DNA of 64,000 bases from Phormidesmis sp. (GTDB lineage: Bacteria; Cyanobacteriota; Cyanobacteriia; Leptolyngbyales; Leptolyngbyaceae), in contig CBDFJR010000005.1 of the NCBI GenBank assembly GCA_965248535.1, positions 1,440,001-1,504,000 on the forward strand, in the 5' to 3' direction. The translations under genes and the position numbers were made by a program. The notes under the pieces were generated by a model. That model saw nothing but the letters and a program-made list of their open reading frames with translations. It had not been told where the DNA came from and ran no database searches. The stretch's first letter is position 1. The number at the start of each line of letters is the position of its first letter. Positions 10,065 to 20,706 of this stretch are shown piece after piece.

Positions 10065-11210
10065 CTATCGAACGGTTCCTGCCAAGGCGTGACCGTTTTT
10101 TTCTTCGGGCTGCCAGCGGGTGCGATCGCTGAGTTTTGCATAGGTCGCAAGAGCCTGAGCCACCACTTGATCCATGTTGTAATACTTATAGGTGGCGAGT
10201 CGCCCGACAAATTCCACATTAGGGGTGGTGTCGGCTAGGGCTTTATATTTTTTGTAGAGTTCGGCATTTTCGGGGCGCGGCACCGGATAGTAAGGATCGC
10301 CCTCTGCTTTCGGAAATTCGTAAACAATGCTGGTTTTAGAATGCTCCTGCCCGGTGAGATATTTAAACTCAGTGATGCGCGTATAGAGATGCTCATTGGG
10401 ATAGTTGACGACGGGCGCTGATTGATGAACGGATTCGTTCAGAGTCTCGTGTTTAAAGTCCAGCGATCGGTAGGGCAATTTGCCAAACCGATAGTCAAAA
10501 AATTCGTCTACGGGCCCGGTGTAGATCATCTCCTTGTAGGGAATCATGTCGCGAATTTCTCGATAGTCAGTGTTAAGCATCACCTTAATATTGGGATGAC
10601 TCAGCACATTCTCAAACATCCGCGTAAACCCGTGCAGCGGCATGGCTTGATAAGTGTCAGTGAAGTAGCGATCGTCGCGATTGGTGCGAGTCGGCACCCG
10701 CGCCGTGACCGATTTATCCAACTCTGAGGGGTCAATGCCCCACTGTTTGCGGGTGTAGTTGCGAAAGAATTTTTCATACAATTCTCGCCCAACTTTGCTC
10801 ACCACCACATCTTCAGAGGTGCGAATTGAGTCTTTGGGTTCTGCGACTGACTCAAAGAATTTCTCAAGCTCAAAGGCGTTGAGATTCAGTCCGTATAATT
10901 TGTTAATCGTGTTGAGATTAATGGGAATCGGCACCAACTGTCCATCGACACTCGCCAAAACCCGATGCTCATAGCGTCGCCACTCGGTGAAGTGAGACAG
11001 ATATTCAAACACGTCGCGAGAATTGGTGTGAAAGATGTGCGGGCCGTATTTGTGGACTAAAACCCCGGCTTCGTTGTAGTGATCATAGGCGTTGCCGCCG
11101 ATGTGGTTGCGACGATCGACGATCAGCACTTTTTTGCCAGACTGATTAGCAAGCCGTTCTGCCAGAATGCTGCCAGCAAATCCGGCTCCTACAATTAAAT
11201 AATCAAACAT
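10065..11210 (-). CDS. glf: UDP-galactopyranose mutase
   Basis: GAGFAG FAD motif, HIGGNAYD, YGPHIFHT, PYYP, GRLATYKYYNMDQVV. Confidence 0.97.
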   Translation of the reverse strand: MFDYLIVGAGFAGSILAERLANQSGKKVLIVDRRNHIGGNAYDHYNEAGVLVHKYGPHIFHTNSRDVFEYLSHFTEWRRYEHRVLASVDGQLVPIPINLNTINKLYGLNLNAFELEKFFESVAEPKDSIRTSEDVVVSKVGRELYEKFFRNYTRKQWGIDPSELDKSVTARVPTRTNRDDRYFTDTYQAMPLHGFTRMFENVLSHPNIKVMLNTDYREIRDMIPYKEMIYTGPVDEFFDYRFGKLPYRSLDFKHETLNESVHQSAPVVNYPNEHLYTRITEFKYLTGQEHSKTSIVYEFPKAEGDPYYPVPRPENAELYKKYKALADTTPNVEFVGRLATYKYYNMDQVVAQALATYAKLSDRTRWQPEEKNGHALAGTVR

Positions 11211-11246
11211 CGCAAGACCTTTTTATAAATGATTGAGACAGAGCAA

Positions 11247-12512
11247 CTAGAGGTCTGAGGGCGACCTAGAAGAGGTCTTGACCGTTGAGACGACCGACCC
11301 GATCAGGTGGTTCATGCTGTCCCAGGTCTGATCCCACGAGTTTTGAGATAGAAAGGCATCGACGCGATCGAGCCATTCAGAATCTTGTTGAGCGATTTGC
11401 AGCGCAGTTTCAATGGCTGCCACAAACTCAGCGGGATCATCAGCAATTTGCACCAATCCCAACTCTCCATAGGGACGCACCACATCACAGATTGAGGTCG
11501 AAACCACGGGCTTTCCGGCCGCAAGATATTCGGGCGTTTTGGTGGGGCTGATAAATCGAGTCGATTCGTTGCGGGCAAAGGGCAAGAGGGCGACATCCCA
11601 CCCGGCTAGATAATTAGGCAATTCTTGGTAAGACTTGCCGCCAAGATAATGAAGATTAGAACGCTGCGGTAATGTAGCAGGATCAATTTTTACAACGGGG
11701 CCGATTAAGACAAAATGCCAGTCAGGGCGGGCATCTGCAACCCCTGCAAGCAGGTCGATATCCATGCGTTCGTCAATCACACCATAAAAGCCGAGACGCA
11801 GATGGGGAATGTTGACCTGATCGGGAGGTTCGGCGATCGGGTGACGGGCCCGGGCAAAATGAGGGGCATCAATGCTGCTCGGAAAAGCATAGACATTGGG
11901 ATGCTGATGTCGCTTAACCTCATAGAGGCTTTGCCCCCCCGTAAACACCAAATCTGCTTTTTGAAATAGCTCCAGTTCTCGCTCTCTCAACGCTGGGGGA
12001 GCACCTTGAAATGCCGAGAGTTCGTCCATGCAGTCGTAAACGATCGCCAACGGCTGAAGATGATCGGTAAACGCCAGCGCCATCGGCGTGTAATACCAGA
12101 AGACATAATCACAAATTTTACAGGCTGCGAATAAGTCATCTAATAGCTGTCTTTGAAGCGCGATCGTGGCTTCGTGCTCTAACCCTTGGGGCAGATGAGG
12201 CACCACCACCCAAACGCCACACTCGCGCCGACTCAAAGCTAGCCAAGCGTGATCGTCTGGGCCAAACAGGGGTTCTTCAATCAAAAAAACTCGTCGATCT
12301 TGGACGCACCGAGTCAACAAATGCTGAGGGCGTTGATAGACAAAATCCCATCGCAGGTGAGATAGACAAATCAAATCAGGTGTGCCTGGAAAAGCATTTT
12401 CTAAGCTAGAACTATCTTGATTTATCCAGTGCAGTTTTGAATGTTTAAGGTCTGCTTTTGTAGATGGGTTTTGGGACAGATTGTGTACAGTCTGTTGATT
12501 AGATTGGGACAT
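11247..12512 (-). CDS. Glycosyltransferase (GT-B) associated with glf
   Basis: SHLRWDFVYQRPQHL, VYDCMDELSAF, ISPTKTPEYLAAGKPVVST. Confidence 0.9.
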   Translation of the reverse strand: MSQSNQQTVHNLSQNPSTKADLKHSKLHWINQDSSSLENAFPGTPDLICLSHLRWDFVYQRPQHLLTRCVQDRRVFLIEEPLFGPDDHAWLALSRRECGVWVVVPHLPQGLEHEATIALQRQLLDDLFAACKICDYVFWYYTPMALAFTDHLQPLAIVYDCMDELSAFQGAPPALRERELELFQKADLVFTGGQSLYEVKRHQHPNVYAFPSSIDAPHFARARHPIAEPPDQVNIPHLRLGFYGVIDERMDIDLLAGVADARPDWHFVLIGPVVKIDPATLPQRSNLHYLGGKSYQELPNYLAGWDVALLPFARNESTRFISPTKTPEYLAAGKPVVSTSICDVVRPYGELGLVQIADDPAEFVAAIETALQIAQQDSEWLDRVDAFLSQNSWDQTWDSMNHLIGSVVSTVKTSSRSPSDL

Positions 12513-13186
12513 AAGTTGTCTCAATAAATTAGATTATTGGAGGGTTTATAAGTTGCTTAAGTCGTAAAAGTTGAGATGAACTAGAGCGCTCAACTAACAA
12601 GCTGTAAATAGATAGATACGCTTTCTACTGAGAGTTGTCAACGTGGTCACAGGATTAAAAAGGCTCGATCGAGATTTTTAGCAATCATTATTGACTCGAT
12701 ACCATGTTAATAACCAATCTGCTATTTTGGCTTCCATCTAAAGTCCAAAATCACTTCTCTCTTGAGATAGATAGTTTTGTCTCGCAAAATGATATTCTCG
12801 TTTAATTTTTAATTTAATACCGTGCTGTCATATACGAAATGCAGTGAGCCATTTCTTTGCTATGCCGTTGCTTAAAGAGTCAAGCAGATTGGGTCTAGGC
12901 AACTGATGGCAATCCAGATATTTGTGCGATGTAGCGTGAAAATCTAGCATGACCACTCATCTCTAATTAGGTTCAAACTATGCCCAAGATGCTAAAAGTG
13001 TTGCTAAGAACAACCACCACAAGTTCTAGAATTGTCGGTGGCATCTCAACCTCTCTTGGGGGTAGGACTCTGGTTAGAAGGCTTCAAGCTATACTCAGAG
13101 CTAGAGGCTAGGAATTAGGAATTAACTCATTTTTTGAGTTTTGAGCGGACAGCGATCGCGACATTTGTACAAAAGGGCTTGACGCA

Positions 13187-14247
13187 ATGGTTCAAAAAAT
13201 TGCCTTATTCAACAACAAGGGCGGAGTCAGCAAGACGACAACCACCTTCAACCTGGGCTGGATGCTTGCCTCTAAAGGGAAAAGAGTAATCCTTGTAGAC
13301 AGTGACCCCCAATGTAATCTCACAGGCATGGCTTTGGGAGAAGAAACTGAGGATGACGAGGCGAGAATTCAAGAAATCTACAACACAACTTCAAACATCA
13401 AGACAGGATTGGCTCCCGCGTTTGAGTCACAGCCTAGAGCCATTGAAGCGGTTGATTGTATTCCTATACAAGGTCGGGACGGCTTATTTCTCTTGCCTGG
13501 TCACGTCGGCTTTGCTGAGTATGAAGTAACACTAGGTATTGCTCAAGAATTAAGTGGCTCAATCCAAGCGCTTAAGAATTTACCAGGTGCTATCAATGAT
13601 CTGCTTGAGAAAACAGCGTCCAAATTCAGCGCTGATTATTTGCTGATCGATATGAGTCCAAGCTTAGGATCAATCAATCAAAACTTGCTGATGACGAGCG
13701 ACTTCTTTTTAGTACCTACCACGGCGGATTTCTTCTCTGTTATGGCAATTCATTCCTTGGCAAAAGTTTTACCAAGATGGAGCGCTTGGGCAAAATCGGC
13801 AAGCTCACTTCCAGCGCTGAAAGAAGCTAACTATCCGTTCCCCAACTTTAACCTGCATTTTCTAGGAACTATCGTTCAAAACTATCGCATCATACGAGGT
13901 AAGGAGACTACGGCATTTCAAACTTGGATTGAGAAGATTGAGCAAGCTGTTTCTGAAAATTGATTCCAACCCTGCGTCAAAGTAATATATTGCTACCTGA
14001 CCATCTTTATAAAGAGCAAAGGGTTGAGGATAGTTTTACGCTGACGAAGATCTCAAACTTCAATAGTCTGATTGCTTTGTCTCAAAAACATCGCACCCCG
14101 GTCTATGCCTTGACTCCTCAACAGTTAAATCAGACAGGAAAGGTATTAGAGAATAATAAGGAGAAGCAGAAAGAGTTTGAAAAAACCTTTTCTGACCTAG
14201 CAGACAAGATTATTGCATTGAGTTCCGCGTATGCAGTCAGCGCTTGA
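13187..14247 (+). pseudogene. ParA/Soj-family ATPase split by a 1-bp frameshift near 13955-13960
   Basis: Deviant Walker A NNKGGVSKTT, DSDPQCNLT, IDMSPSLG. TCTGAAAATTGA needs one extra A to read ...VSEKLIPTL... into the 13960-14247 ORF (NFNSLIALSQ). Confidence 0.8.
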
Positions 14248-14974
14248 CCAATTTCGCATCAGCATTGGTCGCGTCCGAGACCTGATTGCGCTTCATAACT
14301 CTGTCAAATCTCAAGCTACTGGCGCACTTGATGTGTCAGATATGCTGCGTGCTGCGCTAGTGCTGGCTGTGAGCGCACTGGCTCATTACGTTCATGAAGT
14401 TGTGACGTTGGGAATGCTAGAAATCCACCGAGGACAACGTTCTGAGCCAAAGGCGTTCTCCCGCTTCCAAGTGTCTTTGGGTAGTGCACGTCAGGATCGA
14501 CTAACCGCGATCGCGATTGCAGGTTGGCTTGAAAATGAAGTTCAACAAGCTCACGACTATACATTTCTCCAGCAATCCCACACGGTCTCAGCTTTAATCC
14601 CTGCAATATCAGATGGTGTTCTAAATCGGCTCAATAATACATCTTGGCTAGAGAGTGAGATTCGAGAACGTCTAGGATATCAGAGCTTTCAGCAAGCAGA
14701 CAAAATTGCTGAGGCCATCAGATACATCTCAGACAAAAAATTGTGGGATAAGATTGCAATCCAGATCAATAAACCTGCGAAAGATATCAAGCAACAACTA
14801 AATTCGATTGTTGATCGGAGAAATAAAATTGCTCATGAAGCCGACATAGACCCAACGTTTAATCTTGGAAGTCGATGGAACATTGATGAAGTGCTGGTGA
14901 CTGGTGCGGTTGACTTTATTGAAATGCTTGTTGAGAGCATCCATCAAGTGTTGCAGCAACAGCACACGGTATAA
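14231..14974 (+). CDS. HEPN-domain putative RNase (RiboL-PSP/MAE_18760-like)
   Basis: DMLRAALVLAVSAL, Rx4H motif RNKIAH; overlaps the upstream ParA stop. Confidence 0.8.
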   Translation: MQSALDQFRISIGRVRDLIALHNSVKSQATGALDVSDMLRAALVLAVSALAHYVHEVVTLGMLEIHRGQRSEPKAFSRFQVSLGSARQDRLTAIAIAGWLENEVQQAHDYTFLQQSHTVSALIPAISDGVLNRLNNTSWLESEIRERLGYQSFQQADKIAEAIRYISDKKLWDKIAIQINKPAKDIKQQLNSIVDRRNKIAHEADIDPTFNLGSRWNIDEVLVTGAVDFIEMLVESIHQVLQQQHTV

Positions 14975-15072
14975 GCAAGCACAAGTTATTTGAGTTAATA
15001 AACAAATCTTTACAATTCAAGCAGGCGCGATAAAATCGGACAGTGAGCCTCATTAAGTCCGCCAGAGTTTCC

Positions 15073-16488
15073 ATGAATTTAGAAGACAGAATTTCAGCGA
15101 TCGTGCCCCAACTTTCCCCTAAAAACAGCGCATTTGCAGCCGGAGGCAGTGACCCCACGCGCTTTGACTGGCAAGAAGCCTGGCACCCGATCGCTTATCT
15201 AGCAGACCTCGATCGGGCTGCCCTCACCCCCTTCACGCTGCTCGATCGCGATCTCGTCATCTGGTGGGATCGTCACAGTCAAGCTTGGCGAGTGTTTGAT
15301 GACCAGTGCCCACACCGACTCGCCTCACTTTCTCAAGGCAGGGTTGCCGAAGACGGACTGTTAGAGTGTCCCTATCACGGCTGGGCGTTTGCCGGAGACG
15401 GACAGTGCGATCGCATTCCTCAACAGCCCGCAGAGGGTGTAGCTCATCTCGCTCAAAGAGCCTGTGCTGCGTCGCTGCCCACGGCTATGGCTCAGGGTTT
15501 GCTGTTTGTCTATGCAGGTCAGCCCGAAAATGCTGAAAAAGTCACCGTCCCGATCGTCGCAGCCCTCGAAGAATCGCCTGAGGAGTGGGTGTGTCTCAAC
15601 ACCTTTCGCGATCTGCCCTACGACGCGCTGACGCTGTTAGAAAACGTGCTCGATTCTAGTCATTTGCCTTTCACTCACCACAAATCAGTGGGCAATCGTG
15701 TCAATGCTGCCCCGGTTGAGTTAGAGGTGGTTGAGTCCGATCGTCAGGGCTTTAGAGGCGTGTGGGCAGAAGGGCCGCGCCGAGGCACGTTAGGGCGACA
15801 AGATACTGCATTTGTTGCGCCGAATTTAATGTGGCACGATCTCACCTCCAAACAGTTTGGCAGAACGCTAACCGTGGTCTATGCCACCCCCACCCGCAAG
15901 GGAGAATGTCGCCTATTCGCGATTTTTCCGTTTAAGTTTTCGGCCAAAATTCCTGCGTTTTTCATCAAGCTTACCCCGCGCTGGTATTCGCACACCAATC
16001 AAAACGCCATTCTCGAAGATGACCAAATTTTTCTGCATCTCCAAGAGCGCTATTTAGAAAAGCGGGGCGGCAGTCCTAGTTTTGCCAAAGCGTTTTATTT
16101 GCCCACTCGCGCCGATCGCTTTGTGAGTGAGTTGCGTCAATGGGTCAACCAATATCACGCCAATCCGTTTGAGGGTCAGGCGCTGACTCCGGCGTTATCT
16201 AAAGAGCAATTGCTCGATCGCTATCACTCTCACACCAAAAACTGCGCGAGTTGTCGCACGGCCTTGGCAAGAATTCAGCAAATTCGAGCCGTTTGTATCG
16301 GGATTGGTGCGATCGCGCTAGCAATGGTTCCGATCGCGTCCCTAAGTCTCAATCAACCTGCTGCTTGGATTGAATCAGCGACCATCTCCCTAGCTGCCCT
16401 GGTCTGGTTTGCGCTAGGTCGATTTGAACGGCGATTTTCTCAAGGGCAGACTGTGCCGCCGCGCAACCTGCCCGAAAAGCGGCGATAG
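15073..16488 (+). CDS. Rieske 2Fe-2S oxygenase with PaO domain (pheophorbide a oxygenase/Tic55-like)
   Basis: CPHRLASLS...CPYHGW, ENVLDSSHLPFTH, HTKNCASC, C-terminal TM helices. Confidence 0.9.
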   Translation: MNLEDRISAIVPQLSPKNSAFAAGGSDPTRFDWQEAWHPIAYLADLDRAALTPFTLLDRDLVIWWDRHSQAWRVFDDQCPHRLASLSQGRVAEDGLLECPYHGWAFAGDGQCDRIPQQPAEGVAHLAQRACAASLPTAMAQGLLFVYAGQPENAEKVTVPIVAALEESPEEWVCLNTFRDLPYDALTLLENVLDSSHLPFTHHKSVGNRVNAAPVELEVVESDRQGFRGVWAEGPRRGTLGRQDTAFVAPNLMWHDLTSKQFGRTLTVVYATPTRKGECRLFAIFPFKFSAKIPAFFIKLTPRWYSHTNQNAILEDDQIFLHLQERYLEKRGGSPSFAKAFYLPTRADRFVSELRQWVNQYHANPFEGQALTPALSKEQLLDRYHSHTKNCASCRTALARIQQIRAVCIGIGAIALAMVPIASLSLNQPAAWIESATISLAALVWFALGRFERRFSQGQTVPPRNLPEKRR

Positions 16489-16497
16489 CGCGTGAAT

Positions 16498-17079
16498 CTA
16501 GTGATAGAGCCAGCTTGTCCAGGCATATTTTCGCCCCTGAGTGACTGGCAGCGACTGATGAGGATGGGTGTAGCAAGCAGGAAACACGATCGCGCTGCCC
16601 ATTTTGGGTTTGACTTTGATGTCTTGACGATCGAACAACGTCTCGCCGCCCTCACAGTCGTTGAGATAGCCCACCACACTCACGTCTCGCGTCGGAATGC
16701 CTTGTTCAACTTCTTGAAAGCGGCTGGTTAACAAAATGTTATCGACGTGACGCTTATAGTGCTGTCCGGGCAAATAACGCAAAATTGAGCAGGTTTCGGC
16801 ATAGGGAAACTTCACCCCATAATATTTGAACAGCGCTTGCTGCACGATCGCGATTTTGCCTACTAACAACTCGTTGGTTGATTTGAGCAGCGAGTTTTTG
16901 GGGTCAAGCCGCAGTAAGCCACTGCTGCGAACATCGGCATCGACGGTTTCGAGCAAAATTGAAGCAGGTGCAAAGTGAGCCGACTCTGCCACGTCAATAA
17001 TGTGGGCACAGAGCGACGGCTCTAAAAAATCTTCGATCAGCAAAATCTCTGCGCCTAGATCTCTGACAGAATAACTCAC
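16498..17079 (-). CDS. 2OG-Fe(II) oxygenase
   Basis: HVD...YLND.EGGET...HPHQSLPV...KY; GTG at 17079 follows GGAGAG (the ORF extends to 17187). Confidence 0.8.
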   Translation of the reverse strand: MSYSVRDLGAEILLIEDFLEPSLCAHIIDVAESAHFAPASILLETVDADVRSSGLLRLDPKNSLLKSTNELLVGKIAIVQQALFKYYGVKFPYAETCSILRYLPGQHYKRHVDNILLTSRFQEVEQGIPTRDVSVVGYLNDCEGGETLFDRQDIKVKPKMGSAIVFPACYTHPHQSLPVTQGRKYAWTSWLYH

Positions 17080-17354
17080 AGGGTTCTCTCCAATCGCCGC
17101 ATGGGGCCGTGACTTCCTCAATCTACCCTCAAATATTTGCAGAATCCCACCCCCGATCGTGACATTCTTTAAAGTGCTCAGAGTCATGAGAGCGATCGCG
17201 CTTCTCGACCCAAAGCTTCACAAAGCTGGGATAATGCGGGTTTCCTCATAAAAGATACTGAGACTTATAGGGTAGAGGAACACTTCTACCCTCAGTGTCA
17301 AGTGTTTTAATAGAAACTTAGGTAGTCTAAAAGCAACTAGAGCAGTGATCAATT

Positions 17355-17696
17355 ATGAATTTTCCTGGCAGAATTATCGGGGGTACGCTGGTGGCGATCG
17401 CAGTCGCCTGGATCTTAAACATTGCTGGAGTGTTTCCCTTCAACAATCGGGGCACTAATCAGATTGACGCAACCAACCCCAACGCCCCAAAAACGGGAAC
17501 CCAATCGTTTACCGCCAGCAACTCAGCCAACCGTCCCGGCACTCAAAATTATGGGGCGGTCAGTCAAAATGGTGGCGCTACCAGTCCCACCGCTACCACT
17601 ACTTCTCCGGCATCTTCTGCCAATTCTGGCACCGCTAACCCGGCTGTGGGAAGCACAGTTCCTGCTCAAACGCCTGCGGTGAGAGCAGCATGGTAA
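17355..17696 (+). CDS. Hypothetical membrane-anchored low-complexity protein
   Basis: N-terminal TM helix, T/S/P-rich tail ending AVRAAW. Confidence 0.65.
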   Translation: MNFPGRIIGGTLVAIAVAWILNIAGVFPFNNRGTNQIDATNPNAPKTGTQSFTASNSANRPGTQNYGAVSQNGGATSPTATTTSPASSANSGTANPAVGSTVPAQTPAVRAAW

Positions 17697-17721
17697 CTCG
17701 TTGTAGAGCCTAAGCAAAACC

Positions 17722-18801
17722 ATGAAGTCTACCTGTGACGTGCTGGTGATGGGCGGCGGCATCATCAGTTTAACGATCGCGCTAGAGCTAAAACGACAGG
17801 GTGCCTCGGTGACGATCGTGTGCCGCGATTTTGCCGAAGCTGCCACCCACGCTGCCGCCGGAATGCTCGCCCCTCAAGCCGAAAAAATGCTCCCCAGCCC
17901 CCTGCTAGATCTGTGTCTTCGCAGTCGTGCCCTCTATGCTGACTGGGTTTATAAGCTAGAAGAACTCACTGGACTCAACACGGGATATTGGGACTGTGGA
18001 ATTTTGGCACCTGCCTATCTAGAAAACCCAGACTTTAAGGATCACGATCTAGAATCATGGCTCGATCGGGCAACTATTCACCAGCGTCAACCGGGGTTAG
18101 GGGCTGATGTCGCTGGCGGTTGGTGGTTTCCTGACGACGCGCAAGTAGACAATCGGCTGCTGGCCAAAGCGCTATGGGTTGCCGTTCAAGAATTGGGGGT
18201 CAACCTCCAAACTGGGGTGACGGTAGAGGAGATTGTGCAGAACGGCGATCGCGTCACTCATCTTCAAACATCCGCCGGAATCTTGCAAGCGCATCACTAC
18301 GTTCTAGCTACCGGAGCTTGGTCACAGAGTCTTTTGCCTATTCCCGTGACTCCCAAAAAAGGACAAATGCTATCGGTGCAGGTGCCAGCCGACGCAATGC
18401 CGCTAAAAACGGTGCTGTTTGGGGCAGACAGCTATCTCGTGCCTCGACAAGACGGACGAATCATCGTCGGCGCAACCAGCGAAGAAGTTGGATTTACTCC
18501 CGGCAACACGCCCCTAGGAATTCAAAAACTTTTGTCGGCTGCGATTCGGCTCTATCCCGCCTTGCAGAATTATCCGATTCAAGAACTTTGGTGGGGGTTT
18601 CGCCCTGCTACGCCGGATGAACTGCCGATTTTAGGAGCGAGTCCCTATCAAAACTTGACCCTGGCAACGGGACACTACCGCAACGGAATTCTATTAGCAC
18701 CGATAACCGGAGTCACGATCGCCGATCGGGTGCATCAAAAGTCTGACCCGTTGCTAGATGCCTTCCACTGGTCACGGTTCAGCCATAGCAACTCCAACTG
18801 A
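17722..18801 (+). CDS. thiO: Glycine oxidase
   Basis: GGGIISL, AAAGMLAPQAE, GFRPATPD, ATGHYRNGILLAP. Confidence 0.93.
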   Translation: MKSTCDVLVMGGGIISLTIALELKRQGASVTIVCRDFAEAATHAAAGMLAPQAEKMLPSPLLDLCLRSRALYADWVYKLEELTGLNTGYWDCGILAPAYLENPDFKDHDLESWLDRATIHQRQPGLGADVAGGWWFPDDAQVDNRLLAKALWVAVQELGVNLQTGVTVEEIVQNGDRVTHLQTSAGILQAHHYVLATGAWSQSLLPIPVTPKKGQMLSVQVPADAMPLKTVLFGADSYLVPRQDGRIIVGATSEEVGFTPGNTPLGIQKLLSAAIRLYPALQNYPIQELWWGFRPATPDELPILGASPYQNLTLATGHYRNGILLAPITGVTIADRVHQKSDPLLDAFHWSRFSHSNSN

Positions 18802-18911
18802 CCCAATTTCTGCCTCAGCCTGCGGAAGCACAGTCGGTCAGTCTCGATTTCAGCCATAATTGAGACTCTCACTCGTGCTTCAACCTGAAAGCAAAAGGCA
18901 GGAAAAAGCCA

Positions 18912-19595
18912 ATGGTCGCCACCCCTTCATTAATCCTCTATCCCGATTCTGACGGGTTGCCCATGTCAGATAACACCCGACAGTTTGAGTATATTGTCTA
19001 CGTCAAGAAAGGCGTGGACTGGTTATTTAGCGACGATCCACAGATTTTTGTGGGGGGAGATCTGCTGTGGTATCCCGTCGAAGGCAACAACAAGCTGCGC
19101 CAAGCGCCCGATGTAATGGTGGCGTTTAACAGACCCAAAGGCGACCGAGGCAGCTATCAACAGTGGAAAGAAGACAATATTCCTCCGCAAGTCGTCTTTG
19201 AAATTATCTCTCCAGGCAACACCATTCCTGAAATGACGCGAAAGTTTCAGTTTTATGAGCGTTACGGAGTGGAAGAATATTATATTTACGATCCCGATCG
19301 CTTAAGTCTAGGAGGATTTCTTCGCCAAAACGATAGGCTAGAAGCGATCGAAGTAATAGAAGGCTGGGTGAGTCCTCGCTTAAACGTGCGCTTCACCCTC
19401 AACCAAGACGGAGGTTTAGAACTCTATCGGCCCGACGGGCGACTGTTTGAGCGCTATGAAGAAATCGCCGCACGAGCAGACCGAGCCGAGCAAAGAGCAA
19501 CTCAGGCAGAAGCTGAGGTCGATCGCTTAAAAGCGCAACTCAGAGCAATGGGTCATAACCCAGACCATGTGATAGGAACCGAAGGAAGAGAATGA
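18912..19595 (+). CDS. Uma2-family (DUF820) endonuclease-fold protein
   Basis: [43 protein letters not shown]; coiled-coil tail. Confidence 0.92.
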   Translation: MVATPSLILYPDSDGLPMSDNTRQFEYIVYVKKGVDWLFSDDPQIFVGGDLLWYPVEGNNKLRQAPDVMVAFNRPKGDRGSYQQWKEDNIPPQVVFEIISPGNTIPEMTRKFQFYERYGVEEYYIYDPDRLSLGGFLRQNDRLEAIEVIEGWVSPRLNVRFTLNQDGGLELYRPDGRLFERYEEIAARADRAEQRATQAEAEVDRLKAQLRAMGHNPDHVIGTEGRE

Positions 19596-19596
19596 T

Positions 19597-20424
19597 ATGC
19601 AGACACTCGACAAACCTACCGAACGTCCGATAGAAGATGGCTTAGTGATCGCCGGCCGGACGTTTCGATCGCGCCTCATGACCGGAACCGGAAAATATCG
19701 CACCTTTGAGGAAATGCGCCAGAGCATCGCTGCTAGCGGTAGCGAAATCGTCACCGTTGCCGTTCGTCGCGTGCAGACCAGCGCCCCAGGGCACGAAGGA
19801 CTCGCCGAAGCGTTGGATTGGACAAAAATCTGGATGCTGCCCAACACCGCAGGCTGTCAAACGGCCGAAGAAGCGGTGCGAGTCGCTCGTCTGGGTCGAG
19901 AAATGGCAAAACTGCTCGGTCAAGAAGACAACAACTTTGTCAAGCTCGAAGTGATTCCTGATGGGAAGTATTTGCTGCCCGACCCGATCGGCACCCTTGA
20001 AGCCGCCGCCCAATTAGTCAAAGAAGGCTTTGCGGTCTTGCCTTATATCAATGCCGATCCTTTATTAGCCAAGCGATTAGAAGAGGTTGGCTGTGTGACG
20101 GTGATGCCGTTGGGTTCCCCGATCGGGTCAGGGCAGGGCATCAAAAATGCTGCCAATATTCAGATCATTATTGAGAATGCGAAGGTTCCGGTGGTGGTCG
20201 ATGCAGGCATTGGTGCCCCTAGCGAAGCCGCCCAAGCGATGGAAATGGGAGCCGATGCGCTGTTAGTCAACACGGCGATCGCCCTGGCGACCAATCCACA
20301 GGCGATGGCAAGGGCGATGAATCTCGCCACCGAAGCGGGTCGTCTTGCCTACCAAGCCGGGCGGATTCCAGTCAAGGCTTATGCCAGTGCAAGCTCACCG
20401 ATGACGGGCACGATCGGCAGATAA
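19597..20424 (+). CDS. thiG: Thiazole synthase
   Basis: [47 protein letters not shown]. Confidence 0.97.
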   Translation: MQTLDKPTERPIEDGLVIAGRTFRSRLMTGTGKYRTFEEMRQSIAASGSEIVTVAVRRVQTSAPGHEGLAEALDWTKIWMLPNTAGCQTAEEAVRVARLGREMAKLLGQEDNNFVKLEVIPDGKYLLPDPIGTLEAAAQLVKEGFAVLPYINADPLLAKRLEEVGCVTVMPLGSPIGSGQGIKNAANIQIIIENAKVPVVVDAGIGAPSEAAQAMEMGADALLVNTAIALATNPQAMARAMNLATEAGRLAYQAGRIPVKAYASASSPMTGTIGR

Positions 20425-20466
20425 AGAGTCTGAGATACATAGGATTGAGCCGAGTCAGCTTCTTTG

Positions 20467-20706
20467 TTAGGGCTTTTGCTGATCAAAGAGCTTCTCAAAC
20501 ATCTGAGTTTGACGATCGACGATCGCAACCAAGCGCGTAATGTTGTCTGCCTGCTGCTGACTGATTAATGCCTGCTGCTGAGTGGTTAGCCTAATTTCTG
20601 TTATTCCCTCAGTGAGTCGCCCCACTTGCTCAGTCAGCATCTCAAGATTCTCAGTGATGCGATCGAGCCGAGGATAGATGCCGCTAGATTCATTGGATGG
20701 GTTCAT
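20467..20706 (-). CDS. Small coiled-coil hypothetical protein
   Basis: RLDRITENLEMLTEQVGRLTEGITEI... heptad pattern; GGAG upstream. Confidence 0.6.
   Translation of the reverse strand: MNPSNESSGIYPRLDRITENLEMLTEQVGRLTEGITEIRLTTQQQALISQQQADNITRLVAIVDRQTQMFEKLFDQQKP

Noticed and set aside
13187..14247. Chromosome or plasmid partitioning locus
   Set aside because: No parB, parS-like array or replication gene nearby; it is coupled to a HEPN gene instead.
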